Notes under the pieces: generated by a model
Told to the model about the DNA's origin: nothing
What the model saw: the letters and a program-made list of their open reading frames with translations, nothing else
The model's database searches: none
Origin: Guillardia theta CCMP2712
Taxonomy: Eukaryota > Protista > Cryptophyta
DNA length: 39,850 nucleotides
Direction: 5' to 3'
NCBI RefSeq assembly: GCF_000315625.1
Contig: NW_005434584.1
Location: 155,430-195,279, forward strand
Shown: positions 1 through 12,400 of the stretch, in pieces
How the letters are laid out: the number at the start of each line of letters is the position of its first letter
How positions within the stretch are numbered: the stretch's first letter is position 1
Made by a program: the position numbers and the translations under genes

Positions 1-53
1 AAAAAGAAGAGAAAGGGGGGGACCGGGTTTTGTCGCATCTACTTGTCCAAGGG

Positions 54-2294
54 TAGAGCAGGAGAAGAGAGATGAACAGGACGGGATTTATTTTGTCTTC
101 AGCTCCATTTGAGGAGAGAGAAGTTTGGAAATATTTCCTGCAGGTCTTGTCCTTCATCTTTCTGAGACCAACTTGCCTCATGCGCTTCTCCTTCCTGCAG
201 GTTGCTGGTGCTGTCGCCCACATGCACGAGCAGAGGATGATGCACAGAGACATCAAGGTGATATACTTAAACCCTCCTCCTCCTATTGTCTAGCCTAACT
301 GCCCCTCATCATCTTTGTGCTCACCTGATTTGACAGCCAGCTAACATTTTCATCTCTGCAAACAACGTCTTGAAGGTTCGCTTCTTGGGATTGATGACGA
401 ATACAGGTGTATGACAATTTCTTCAGCTTGGCGATCTTGGACTAGGAAGAGTTTTCTCTGCTGAGGTCACTTGCACTGTCCTTCTTATTCGCTCTAAATC
501 TTATTGGCATCCTCGTGTTGGTTTCGTCGTCATTTTCTTGGTCATTTGTTTTGCTCTTGTTGATGATGACAATATATTTTTGTTATTGTTCATGACGCTC
601 ACTTGCATTCAGTCGGTCGAGACTTTCTCCAAGGTAAAAGATTGATTTCATGTTCTCCCTTTCTCTGTTGTTCTCTCGTTATCACCCATCAAACATTGAT
701 CTTCTCCCTCCCTTCCTTTCTCTTGCTCTCCCTTTCTGCCTCCTTCTCACTGGTCTCATTGATGCCGGCAGGTCGGAACTCCCTTGTACATGTCGCCTGA
801 GGTTCTTCACGGGCAGGGCTACGACTTCAAGGTCTCGGCGAAGCTCCTCCTCTTGCTCTCACGGTCTCGCAGTCTGACATGTGGAGTCTGGGATGTCTCC
901 TCTATGAGTTTGCTACTCTCTCCTCCCCCTTCGAGGCGCCGAACCAGGTTCCCCCCGACCTCCCTTCCCCTTCCCCTCCTCCTCCTCTCCTTGCACATCT
1001 GATCTCTCTGAACCTCTGGATTCTGATTTCTTCATCTCCATCGTCTGAGTCAGCCTCCCCCTCGCCTGATCGTGTCCGATTGCTTCATCGTCTGTCAATC
1101 CCCAGTAACAGTATGGCAGAACCTCTACGACATCTTCAAGCGCATCAACGATGGAGACTTCGCTCCTCTCCCCGAGTTGTTCTCTCAAGAGCTCAGGTGC
1201 CGAACCGACGCCTCTAACCCTAAACCCCAAGTCTTCTCCTCTGATTGTGCGAGTAGAGGCCTCGTCAACAGGATGCTGCACAAGGACCCGAAGAAACGGC
1301 CCACGGGTGAGAGAAGATGTGGTGAAGTGTCTGCTCTCCTTCCTCCTTCTCCTCCTCCCTCTCCCCTCCTCCTTTCTCCTCCTCCTCCACCTCCTCCTGC
1401 TCCTCCTCCTACGGACTTCTTCTCTTCGAGTAGTCCTCGCCTCCTCATCCTCTCCTTCAATTTCAGCTTCTCTTTCTGGCACTGACTCCTTCCTTCTGTC
1501 TTCGTCTTCACCTCGCAGCTTCTGAGGCCTTCGCCTTCGCTCAAATGGCCTGCGACTCCTACCAGGAGCGACCGAGTGGACTGATGATGATGGTGAGACA
1601 GTCACACTTGTGGCTGTGTCATGAATCATCTTGACCTGATTCCTTGTGCAGATAGAGATCATTGATCTCTGCCAACTTCTCGACTACGAGGTGAACACAA
1701 GCACACACAAGTTGACTTGATGTTGTGTGATGCTATGGAAGATTTTAAGTCATACCCTATCATTGCCACTTCATCTTCATCTTCATCTTCATCTTCATCT
1801 TCATCTTCATCATCGTCATCGTCATTGTCATCGTCGCTGAAATAATGTTCTTCACTTTGATCCTAGTCAGCCAGCTGCACTGGTTCATCTTTCAGAACTT
1901 CCTCCTGATCTCCTTTTCTAAATTGTTTCTTAATCTGACGACATTCCATCTTATTGCAGGCTCTCTGTCGTGCTCAAGCCCTCCCTCCCCTCACACCAAG
2001 TTTCTTCACGCATGCTCATCCTCATCATGACATCAAGTTTCAATATTTCACTAGCCTTGTCCTCTGGCTCCTCCGCTTCAACGATGTTTCAGTCAGCGAG
2101 GACAGCAGGGACGGCAGCAGGCACCTCGAGACTCTCGACCCTCTCAACGTTTCTTCTCTCCTCCTCGACGCTTGCAAGCAGCTCGGCATCGGCAACGACC
2201 TCTCTCCTGTTCGACTGAAGACGTGAGAAGTTCTCCTCTCCCGCTCCTGTTCCCCTCATACCCTTCCCATGGTTTCTTCCTGGTTGTCATTCCT
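54..2294 (+). pseudogene. Partial duplicate of the NEK-IFT57 gene (kinase C-lobe exons plus IFT57 CH-domain exons), truncated at both ends
   Basis: Near-identical to 18298-20540. The differences I can see are intronic (e.g. 696 T/G, a 3-nt indel near 1447, one TCATCT unit near 1800) or in the first ~90 nt. Identity ends abruptly after TCATTCCT at 2294, inside an intron. Confidence 0.85.
1771..1836 (+). repeat. (TCATCT)n/(TCATCG)n intronic microsatellite
   Basis: Seen directly; the copy at 20011-20082 has one extra unit. Confidence 0.9.
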
Positions 2295-2830
2295 AGTTGG
2301 CATCAACAATGGAGACTTCACTCACACTCTGCCCGAGTTGAGAGAATTCCAGGGCTCTAGACGATGAGCTCTCTTGCTGTGAGATGAGGAAGAAGTTTGT
2401 CAACCTTGAAGAGTCGCCTCCTACTCACAGTCTGGTGGGAAAGCTCGCACGCTGCTGCTCTGCCGAGAGGGCTGAATGGTTAGGACGATCAGCTCCAGCT
2501 CAGATGTCAAGGCACTCAGTGTCTTATCTGAGTACGCTCCTAATCGCCAGGTTTAGGGTTTAGGGTTTTCCATGTGACCTCGAGGATCGCTGCCAGCATG
2601 CAGATCTGGACTCAATGCCCTCGAGGCAGCCGGAGCACCCCACATGAGCTGCCAAGGCATCATGCTGACGAGGACAAGGACCAGGACAAGGATTCAGCGC
2701 TGTTCGATGTCCATCAGCCCGCGCACAGACGACCTGACACTCGCTAACCGAATGAGGCACCTGAAGAGGCAGCTGCGAGACAGACAGACAGTCGGCGCGA
2801 GAAGGCGAGCTGACTCGGCTGGAGGGAACT
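2295..2830 (-). pseudogene. Possible fragment of a spliced minus-strand gene of unknown function, cut at the 2294/2295 junction
   Basis: Minus strand shows GT..AG intron-like segments (e.g. gtgagtagg...ctcacag; gtcacatgg...gattag) between open stretches (AYSDKTLSALTSELELIVLTIQP). No domain recognised. Confidence 0.3.
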
Positions 2831-3437
2831 GAAGGGGCTCAGAGTGAGGTCAGGGGGCCAACAAAAACTGCTTCAGACTCGTTAAATTTCTTTCAGATCC
2901 CCCTCACACTCTCCCTTCCGCTCGCAACTCACCTTCCTCCCTCATTTTAACGGATAGGCGGAGGGCCTGGTCTGGCTGTTTCCATCAGAGTGTTCCAGGG
3001 GCGAAGATGCCAAGCAGGAAGTCTAGCCAGCATCATGTGAGTGGCATAAGAGGAGATAGAGAAGTAAGGTTGAGCTTCAAAGGCTTGAGAGGAAGCGAAG
3101 GTCAATGCTGGGTTTTATAAACAATTCAGAGATTGCGAAGCAGATTTAGGTGGTGTCATGGGGAAAACAGTGGATTTGTGAGAACGGTTGAACTGCGACA
3201 GAGACGATTGGCTCACTCCCCATGCTGTACTACGAGGTATTTGCAGGCAGCATCCGAGGGCTCTTGCAGGAGAGAGTAATAAAGGCTCACTGAGTCAGAT
3301 CGTTTCTCCATTAGCGTTGTCATATATATCTATTTTTACTCACGAAGAAAAAAAAAGGCTTGTAAAGGGTGGGAGACAGAGCGCATTGGGATGGGCTTAG
3401 TCGGATCATGGGGCAGACGTACATCTATCTAGCTAAC

Positions 3438-6400
3438 TTACATTCCATACGCCATCGGCTGCTGACCGTACACGGGCGTCTGCACGGGCATGGGAGCAGC
3501 GGAGGCGTAGTCGACGGGGAGGACGGGGTAGGTTTGTGGGAGGTAGACGGGTACCATCTCCTCCACGGGAGGCTTAGCCACGGCAGCCGGGGCCAGGAAC
3601 TTGTAGGCCAGGAACCCGAGCAGGGCAGCACCGACTACTCCTCCGATCACTCCGCCGACGATGGCGCCGACGTTGGTGCTTGACCCTGGTGTCGTGGTGG
3701 TGGTGGTGGTGGCACCTCCGCTCGGGGAGGAAGAAGCAATCGAGACAGCGAGCTTGCGAGGATCAGTCTTCCACACAAACATCCTCGTGCTCGATGAGAG
3801 ACCAGCCCGAGTCTGTCCGTTGGCGAACTTGCCAATGAGCGTGTCGTTCAGAAACAGGCTTGCCGATGTCGCCGAGCTCGTCGACACAATCATCAACGAC
3901 GGTGCTGTCCAGGTCGAGTCCAGCACGGAGGGCTTGTTCGAGATCGAGTAGGCGTAAGGGCTGCTGAGCGTGTACACCTGCTGCTGGACCGGCTGATCGC
4001 CGAGCATCTGACCGAAGGAGTCCAGCACCCACACTGGCGACCCGGGCTCGTACACGTTGGCAGAGCTTGCGTTGATGGCGCTGGAGGTGGAAGACAAGAG
4101 GCTGCTGCCTGACGCCGTGTCAAAACCGTCCATGAGGTCCTGGAAGTAGAGAGGGTCTGCCGGGAACTGCGAGGGCTTGTAGATCTCTGGGTAGAGGAGC
4201 GAGGGCCTGATCAGCCTCTGGGTGAACTTGTTGGTCATGTCCACGCTCAAGAAGACCTGGTTGGTGAAAGTCTGGTAGGAGTAGGAAGTGCCTGTCACAC
4301 CAGGCAGGTTGCTGCCATCGCCGTTCTCGACGTAACGGTTGAGGGTCAGCTGCAGCGTCGGGTCAGTCGTGACCCCACTCCCCATGTTGCGCACTGAGAA
4401 TCCAGACACGGTGTACACACCACCCGCGCTCATCCCGTACACTGGGACAGCTGAGAAGCCAGTGGCACCGGGATACGCTGACTTCACGTTGAACTGCAGC
4501 GAGAACAAGTTGTTCGGGAAGTTGTAAGGCACGTTCTTCGTGTGCGCCGCGGCTGTAGTGCCACGTCTGCCTCGGTTGGCTGCCGCCACATCTCCGGCGC
4601 CTGGGACGAAAAAGATCTCCTGGTCCAGCTCCGCCCAAACGTTGCGCGTGATCCCGGCAGGGAGAGTAATGCTGCTTGACTGGGCAACATACCTCAAGTG
4701 CATAGACCTCCTTGCAAAGCTTGTTGCCTGGATCGTCGAGGATACTGTCGGGGACGATACCCACTTGACAGTCGCCCCAGCGCTGTGTGCAGACGCTGTG
4801 GTACCGAGCTGAGCCCTTGACACCTGCAGGTTGTTTCCGTTAATGTTGACAACCTGCAGCTGCTCGTTCGACACTTGAATGTAGTCGTTCAGCTTGAACC
4901 CGGATGCGTCCGTCAAGATAACGCTCGTCAAGGAGCTGTTCACAGCAACTGCAAGGGTGGTCTTCTGGAAGCTGGTCTTCTGCTGCAGGGTTACCAAGTC
5001 AGATCCCTCATGGAAGGACCACGTGTTGTAAGGACTGATGCGGTTGATTGTCAACTCATGAGTACCCACCGCCTGCACCTGATCCAGCTCTTGTCCCACC
5101 TTGATGTAGTCACCAGCAACAAAGGTAGAAACATCAAACACCCCAACCTTGTTGTACATGTACAACACAGACTCGTTCTTGGTGTGAGTGAGAGTGGGGT
5201 TTCCTCGAACCACTGTTAGAGATGACCCGGATACACCCGTGACCTGGAGGATCTCGGAGGTGCCCTGATACGTATCCACACGAACAAAGTCCCCAGCGCT
5301 GTAAGTAGAACTCACGTCCCCGTACAAGTTGACAACTGTGTCGTGTGCTGCCATGTCTTGGCTCAAGAGTCTGGCATCCTGAACAACATAGACCTTGGTT
5401 CCGGCAGGGATTACCAGCCGGTTGGTTGTACTCACCGATTGGGTCTGCGGATACATGGACACAAGATTCAATTTGCTATTTGCCGCGTCGATGGACGTAA
5501 CATTGAACACCTGTGCGTCGATGACCACCGTCGCTCCCGCACTGATCCCCTCGAATTGCTTTAAAGTAATATCCGTCAACTCTGTCGTTTGATTGACGGC
5601 TGTGGATACAGTGTCGTTGATGAATTTGACCAAGGTTGGCATTTTGTCGACCTTCTGGATGACAGTTCCAGTCTGGGGAAACTCTCCCTCGGTTGTGTTG
5701 GCCTGTCCTCGAGCGAAGCTGGAGCCTCCCAGATACTTGATCACCTCGTTCTGAGTCCCAGATGTCATCAAAAGGTAGTCGCCTGCAGCGATCCCATTCA
5801 TGTCAGACAAATCACTCGATGTGATGGCGGTATTTGCAGCGATGGTTTTTGTGAGAGTCTTGGGGTTGAAGACGTACGTGACAGGCGTCCCAGCATCTGC
5901 GGTTGCCTCGGCCGTGGTTGACTGCTGTCCACGAACAACCGTCAGGTTCTGCATCAGGTATCCGCTGGTCGAAGAGACAACAGATTGCACGAGCATGACC
6001 TCTCCCAGCATCTGGACATAGTCTCCAGCCTGAAATCCGCTGGAAGATGACCCCAGCACGGGGTCCTTCACCTGGATCAGCGGATCGCTTGCAGAAGCGA
6101 CCTTAGATACGAGCACCATGCCCCGCCGAGTGATGGTCGTACCAAGTGCGGAGGGCTTGGTAGTGGAAAACAATGTTCCAGCCGCGTGCTCCGCCGGTGT
6201 TGTCTCTAGCTCCCCTCTGGTGACATACACCAGATCTCCAGAGATCTCAGTCACCTTCATGATCTCGTTACCCAGCGTGATGTAGGCACCCGCAAACAAC
6301 GAGCTGTCACACCGGCCCTCAATGCGAGAGGAAGCTGCAATGTCAACGCTGTCTTGCCCACCACCGCGCCTGTCTTGTGCGAAGCAGGGAGAGTTCCGCC

Positions 6401-9400
6401 CTGTCCGCGGAGAACGGTCAAGCTGGTTCCCGTCGATGGCACTGATGAGATGAACATGATCTCGTTGTTGATCAGGACATATGTGCCCTGGCTGAACTGA
6501 GTTGCTTTGGTCAACGTCAAGGTGGTCGCAGTGGAGGAGACGTCTTGTAGCAGAACCGATCCTGGATTGAAAGTCCGAACGATGGTTCCGACTCCGTAAG
6601 TCCCCGTGGTGGTGTTGAACTGCCCTCTGTACACCGACAGCGTCGTAGACGTGAGCACAGAGTCAATGAGCAAAATCTCGCTCTTGATCTTGATGTAGTC
6701 GTTGGCGTTAAACCCTGCTGTGGATCCTACTGTCAAGATCTTGGTGGTCGCTGCTGCTCTGCGAGCCGACACCCCTTGGAAGGTGGTCACTGCTACACTC
6801 GCCGTTGAAACACCGTACACTCCGTCGCTAAACCCCGAGCGCAGAAGATAGTCAATCTTGGTCACCTGCTCCGCAGAGTTGCGAAGAGCACCCTTGCTGT
6901 ACGAAAGATCGCCTGGCCAGTAGAGAGGGCCAGGACTCAACGTCTCGGAGTTGGAGCCCTCCGTGAAGTAAACAAGGATCTCCGCACAGGGGTAGGATGC
7001 CCCTGCGTCCGAGGGAAAGAAGAGCTTGAGAGGGTTGGGGGTGTTCGGAGAGAAGCCGAAGCCAGCATTGAGAAGTACAGGGCTGTCAGTGTTGGCGTTC
7101 CACCCGATCGCTGTAAACGCCTCATCGGTCAGAACAGCTCCTGCCTGGGTGCCAACCGTGGAAAGGTAAGTTGGGCAGTTGTCCTGCGAACAAGGGAAGG
7201 TAGTGCAAGGGAACTGTGTGCAGAGTGACCCAGCACACGATGCCGTTCCTGGGCATGAGGGCAGTGGTGTCAAAGCAACATAACCCGCCGGCGTTGTGCA
7301 TGCAGTGGTTGAGCTGCACAAGGTGGGGATGATGTAGGAGCTGCTGCTGCATGTGGGTTGGATGGTAGTCGTGCCAGACGTCGCCTCTGTGAGAGCAATC
7401 TTTCTGACAAGCTCGACGCGAGATGCTACCAGTCCGTTCCTCACCAGGGCCTGAATGGTTGGCCTCGTAGCGCATGTTGTGGCTGACGCTGACACAAATC
7501 GAATCAGAGGTGACGTCACGTAGCCCGATCCCGCATTGATGACCTTGATGCGATACTGGAGTGGAAGAGTCGATGCTGTAAAACCCTTGCTGCTCGCAGT
7601 CAACGAGGAGGACGGTGCGTTGGTGTAGTAATCCACCTGCGTGTCCACGTACTCCAGACCGATCTCTGCCTGGACTCCGCCTGCGGGTGGGGGCTCCACA
7701 ATCACCTTAGGTACTTCACATGCAGAGGCGGACGCGAACATCTCGTTTGCAGTGATCTTGAAGATTAACGATCCCTTCATTCCCTGGAAACCCTTGCTGC
7801 GTTTGACGGTGTAGGCGTTTTCAGAGGCAACGGCCGACACACCGCTCGAGACTCGCATCTGCAGCGTCTTGCGGGTGTTGTACGCTCCATTCGCTGGGTC
7901 CTGAGCTGAGCAGACCTCCATCGCATTCCTGTTGTTCGGAGAGAAGAAGGCGCTTGGATTGGATGTCTTCTCACACTGGCCTTGACACTCGTTCGAAACG
8001 GTGGCAGACAGGGTCAGGGCAGAAGCTGTACAGGGGGATGTTATTGCTGTACCATCAGGGTTCGTACACTTTGATCCTGAGCATCCGCTGCAGGATATCG
8101 TGGCAGTCACCGACAGCCCTGAGGCACCATAACCATAGCCTTCCTGCGTCATCAACACGCCATCAAGGGTCAATCCCTCAGTGGTCCCTGCCACGGCGGT
8201 TGCAAACTTCGTGTAGATGTTGTATGTGCTGTCCGCCGATGCTGTGTCAAAGGCAAAGAACGAGGGTTTGCAGTTGGACTTTTGGTTTGCGGTTTGTGCC
8301 ATATAGTTCTGCTGGTACCCACCAGTTGTAAACAAAATGTCCCTCACTATTGGGATGTTCGCGTAGCCGGTTCCCTGCCGAGTGATCGTGTACTTTGGCA
8401 CACCGTTGCTCACAGAGGTGATTGTTATTTGCAACGTCTGCCCCCCACTCCTCTCAGGTGCATTGAAGATCAAGACGGCATTGGCGCAGTCCGCGAGATT
8501 CGCGTCCGTGGACTTGCCCTTGTACTGCAGCACAAAGTTGTTGTTCACATTCGTCAAAACTGAGGATGCCGACGGAAACGACCATGTCGGGACGCCCATA
8601 GCATTCGCCATCGGGTCCACCAGCCCGTTGGCATTGACTGGAGACGAGGTGATGCTCACGCTGGTGAAGCCATACACAAACCCTACTACATTGGTGCTAG
8701 ACGGCACTGTTACACCAGTAACACGAGAGTTGCCCCACATCGTGCCACTTCTCGAGTAGGTCTGAGAGGTCGCAGACCTGCAGGCCTGGTTGAAGCCGGC
8801 GATGACGGGCGAGTCCATGGAAGAGTGAAACGTGGGAGCCACTGCCGTTGATTGCAAAGTGGCAGCCTGCATCCCTGTAAAGGACGAGTAGGAATGTGAG
8901 CCAGAAACGTGTACTGAAGATGTGTTGAACCCAAGAATGGCCTGGGCTTTCGCTCCTGCGCATGCGCTGATCGCAGGGAATGAAACAGTCGGAGGCGTAA
9001 TGTACCCAGAGCCGCCGTCGGTGACTTGAATGGAGGAGATCACACTTGATGACGTCGTCTGCAAAGTTGCGGTAGCTGTCTTCCCAGATGGAGGTGCAGA
9101 GATCACCAGAGCCCCTGTGCACTTCGTGGTAAAATCCGGATTGGCTGAAGGTGCAGGAACTGTAGTTATCACGATAGACGCAACATAACCAGACGCAACC
9201 TCCGACGAGGTCTTGCGAGCCGAATACTTCTTGAACAACGAGACGGCAGCGTACGCGCTGGTTCCAAGTCCAGTCAGAGAGTCGTACTGATCTCTCTGTT
9301 GCTGGTACATAATCAGGTTGGAGTCTGGCTTCACCTGCACTCTTGATGTGTAGTTGTGTGAAAGATGCACAATCGCTACGGCATCACATGGAGTCTGAGA

Positions 9401-12400
9401 TGACGACGGGTTGGTGAACGTCACTGTCGGGGGGAAGAAGTACCCTGAGCCAGCTTCGGTCAGAGTCACCGATGTCACGCTGCCACCGCTGGCTGAAACG
9501 GTCGCTGTTGCCCGAGTACACAGGTAAGTGTCAGTAGGACACACCAGTGTGTTGGTCGTTGCGTCAACAATCTTATCCACGGACGGGTCTGAGATGGTTA
9601 CCGTCAACCCTGATGCACAGCTGGTTCCGGGGTTGATGATCTCGATTCTCTCGACGCTCGACCTCTGACCCTTGAGCATGAAGATTCCGTCGAAGCTCTG
9701 AGCCACGGTCGTTGCTGGTGGAACAACGCATGTCCCATGAAATCTCGCCGGTCGGAGATATCCGGACCCCCACATGGGAGGGGTGGAAGCCCAGGTGGTT
9801 GGAGCGGAGAAGATGGATGCTGTGGTGCTGGTCAAGGTACCTCCGTTGTTGACGGCGCTCCCCCCGGGGACCTGAGGCTGCTCGATGTTCTTTCCATTCA
9901 CTGTGCACGTTCCAGTCAACGTCCCTCCAAAAACCAGCATCCTCTCAGTGGTCGTTCCCTGCACTTGTACGTTGGAGTGTGGCACAGCCGCAGCAAACTG
10001 GAATCGTGTTCGTTCCTTGATTGTCTTGGAGGCGTCATCCGTAGAGGGAGTGATGTAGGCGTTCTGGTTCGATGGAACGGACTTGAACCTGTACCCAGGA
10101 ATGGTGATGCTGATGCTCTCGCCCTGTCTGATCCATTTCCCCTTCGCCACCTGCAGCTGCAGCTGCGTGTAGATGGTGTAGGGCTTGTTGGCAAGGTCGA
10201 TGCTCCTTGGCTTCTTTCCCTTGAGGTCTGTTACCCAATACACTCCGCCTGCTCCCTGCTTGATGATGTACTCGTTGGACCCAATCATCGCTGTCATGCC
10301 GGTGTACCGACCCACCTGCTCCTTAGGCTTTATCTCACAGTCCTTCACGAAGGATGCTGGAAACTCCTCTTCCACTACAAAGCACGATCCTGATGGGTTG
10401 TAGTCGACGATAGTCTGAGTCACCACGGTGCTCGTCACATTGGTCAACGATACATCGAACACAGGCAGATCAATCTGAGTCAGAGACGTGGATGTGGTGA
10501 CAGACGAAGGCGTCACAGTGGGGATGGAGGTGTACCCGCTGCCTTGCGACGTCAAGTGTGCACTTGCTACCGAGACAAGCACTTTCAGCGCAATCCCAGC
10601 CTTGCCACTCACTGTAGCTGACGGAAAGCCTGTGTACAGCCCTGATGCGGTGACATGCACAGCAGTGCTGCTGCTGTACAGAGATGTTACACTGGCCGTC
10701 GCTGCGGTGACTTGGTAGGTTGCATCGAACACGATAGTGTCTCCTTCCACCAGAGACGTTCCCGCGGCAATGGACACAACCTGCACTCCGACAACCTTGT
10801 ACAGCAGATGCCCGCTTGCAGTTGATGTCACGCCTGAGGAAGCCACGGTAAACGTTTGTCCAGCAAACGCCGACGTTCCAGTCACTTCCGTCAGCCCTCC
10901 ATATCGCACTCGCACGCTCGTGACCGATCCACCTGTGGCCGCAGTGTACTGATTGTTGCGGCACTTGAGCTGCATGCCGACATAGTCTGTCGCTGAAAGG
11001 GATGGGATGGTACTGCTCATCTTGTAGCAGACGTCCTGTGTATAACCGAGCATGTAAGTTCCTGCGTTTGTCACCTTCGTGAGACTCAGCGTGCGGGAGC
11101 CGCTCGAGAAGGTGATGTCGCTGTCCGGTAGGCCCCACGGGCACGACACGCGACTCCAGCACAGGTTCTTGTTCTTGTTGTAGCCGTCGTCGTCAGGAGA
11201 CAACACAAACAAGCCGTCCACGTCTCCGTCGCCTGACCGATGCCTATTCCCGTCCGCCACCCAGCCATCGCTGATGTACGCTCGAGCGCGATCTTCTTGG
11301 TAGTAGTTGAGCTCCCACTCCAGCTGTGTCGAAAACGTGGTGAAGGCCGGGTTAGGAGAGGAGGTCACGCCAAAGATGGGACCCGTGACTGCGACGTACG
11401 ACGGCAGATTTACAAAGAGCATATCTCCGGCATACAAATTCTGTTCCGCGGTCACTGAAAATGTCACATCGGATGTAACTGTTGATCCAAACTGCATCGA
11501 AGTCTTGGCAGATTTCATTCCGCTGTCGATCTCAGTGGTTACAAAGGAGTTCCCTGATACGACTGAGATCGCCTGTGCGGAAGCTTGCGTTGCTTGGTTG
11601 GTGAGTTGGAACTGTACCGTGTACACCGAATAATCGTACAAGTATGCTTGAGCGGTTGCTCCGGTGCCCGTTGGATCCGTAATCACAACCTTCGGGGGGA
11701 GAGTGTAGCCCGATCCAGCAGCAGTGAGAGAGATGGAAGTCACAGACTGGGAGGTCAGAGAGGCAGTGGCTTGTGCCGATGATCCAGTAGCAGACATCAC
11801 TCCAGCACAACTGCTCTTGGTCCAGAATTCCTGCCCAGGTGTCGTGTCGCAGATGACCACGGTAGGATTCGAGTATCCCGAGCCCCCAGCTGTAACAACA
11901 ATTTTGTACAGACCTTGCGTTCTCCTTGCAGAGACGTCAAAGTATGGATCGTACACGAGGGTTGGGATCGATCCAGAATAGATCTGGATGTTGTTGCTGA
12001 GAAACTTGCATCCTGTAGTGAAGGTGGTCGCTGGTACGATCGAAGCGGAATGAAGGTTCGTCCTTGAGTTCATAAACTGCCCATTTCGCACAACTTGGCA
12101 GGAAACGTCTGACTGCGCACTTGACATGCTACTAAATGGCCCGACAGTGATTGTCTGACCCGCAGACAGCTCGTAGTTCGGCTGCAGCTCGGCAGTGATC
12201 CACACGGTGCTGCTAGTCACGTTCGATCCAGAGCGCAAGCTTGACATGATGAACTGACGGTCTGCAATGTACCCAGCGCAACCTGAAGGCTCAGATGGAT
12301 ACCCATACACCATCCTGGTTTTGTCATTCTTGCACAAATACGTCTGCGTTCCCTTGTAGTTCGATGGTGCTGCTTGAGAGTCAACACTCAAAGATATGGC

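Noticed and set aside
913-1662. R/E-rich minus-strand ORFs (also 19156-19902)
   Set aside because: Antisense to CT-rich introns and exons of the NEK gene; low complexity.
2552-2565. TTTAGGG x2 (also CCCTAAACCC at ~1218 and ~19461) as telomere remnants
   Set aside because: Only 1-2 units, within probable introns; too short to indicate a chromosome end or healing site.
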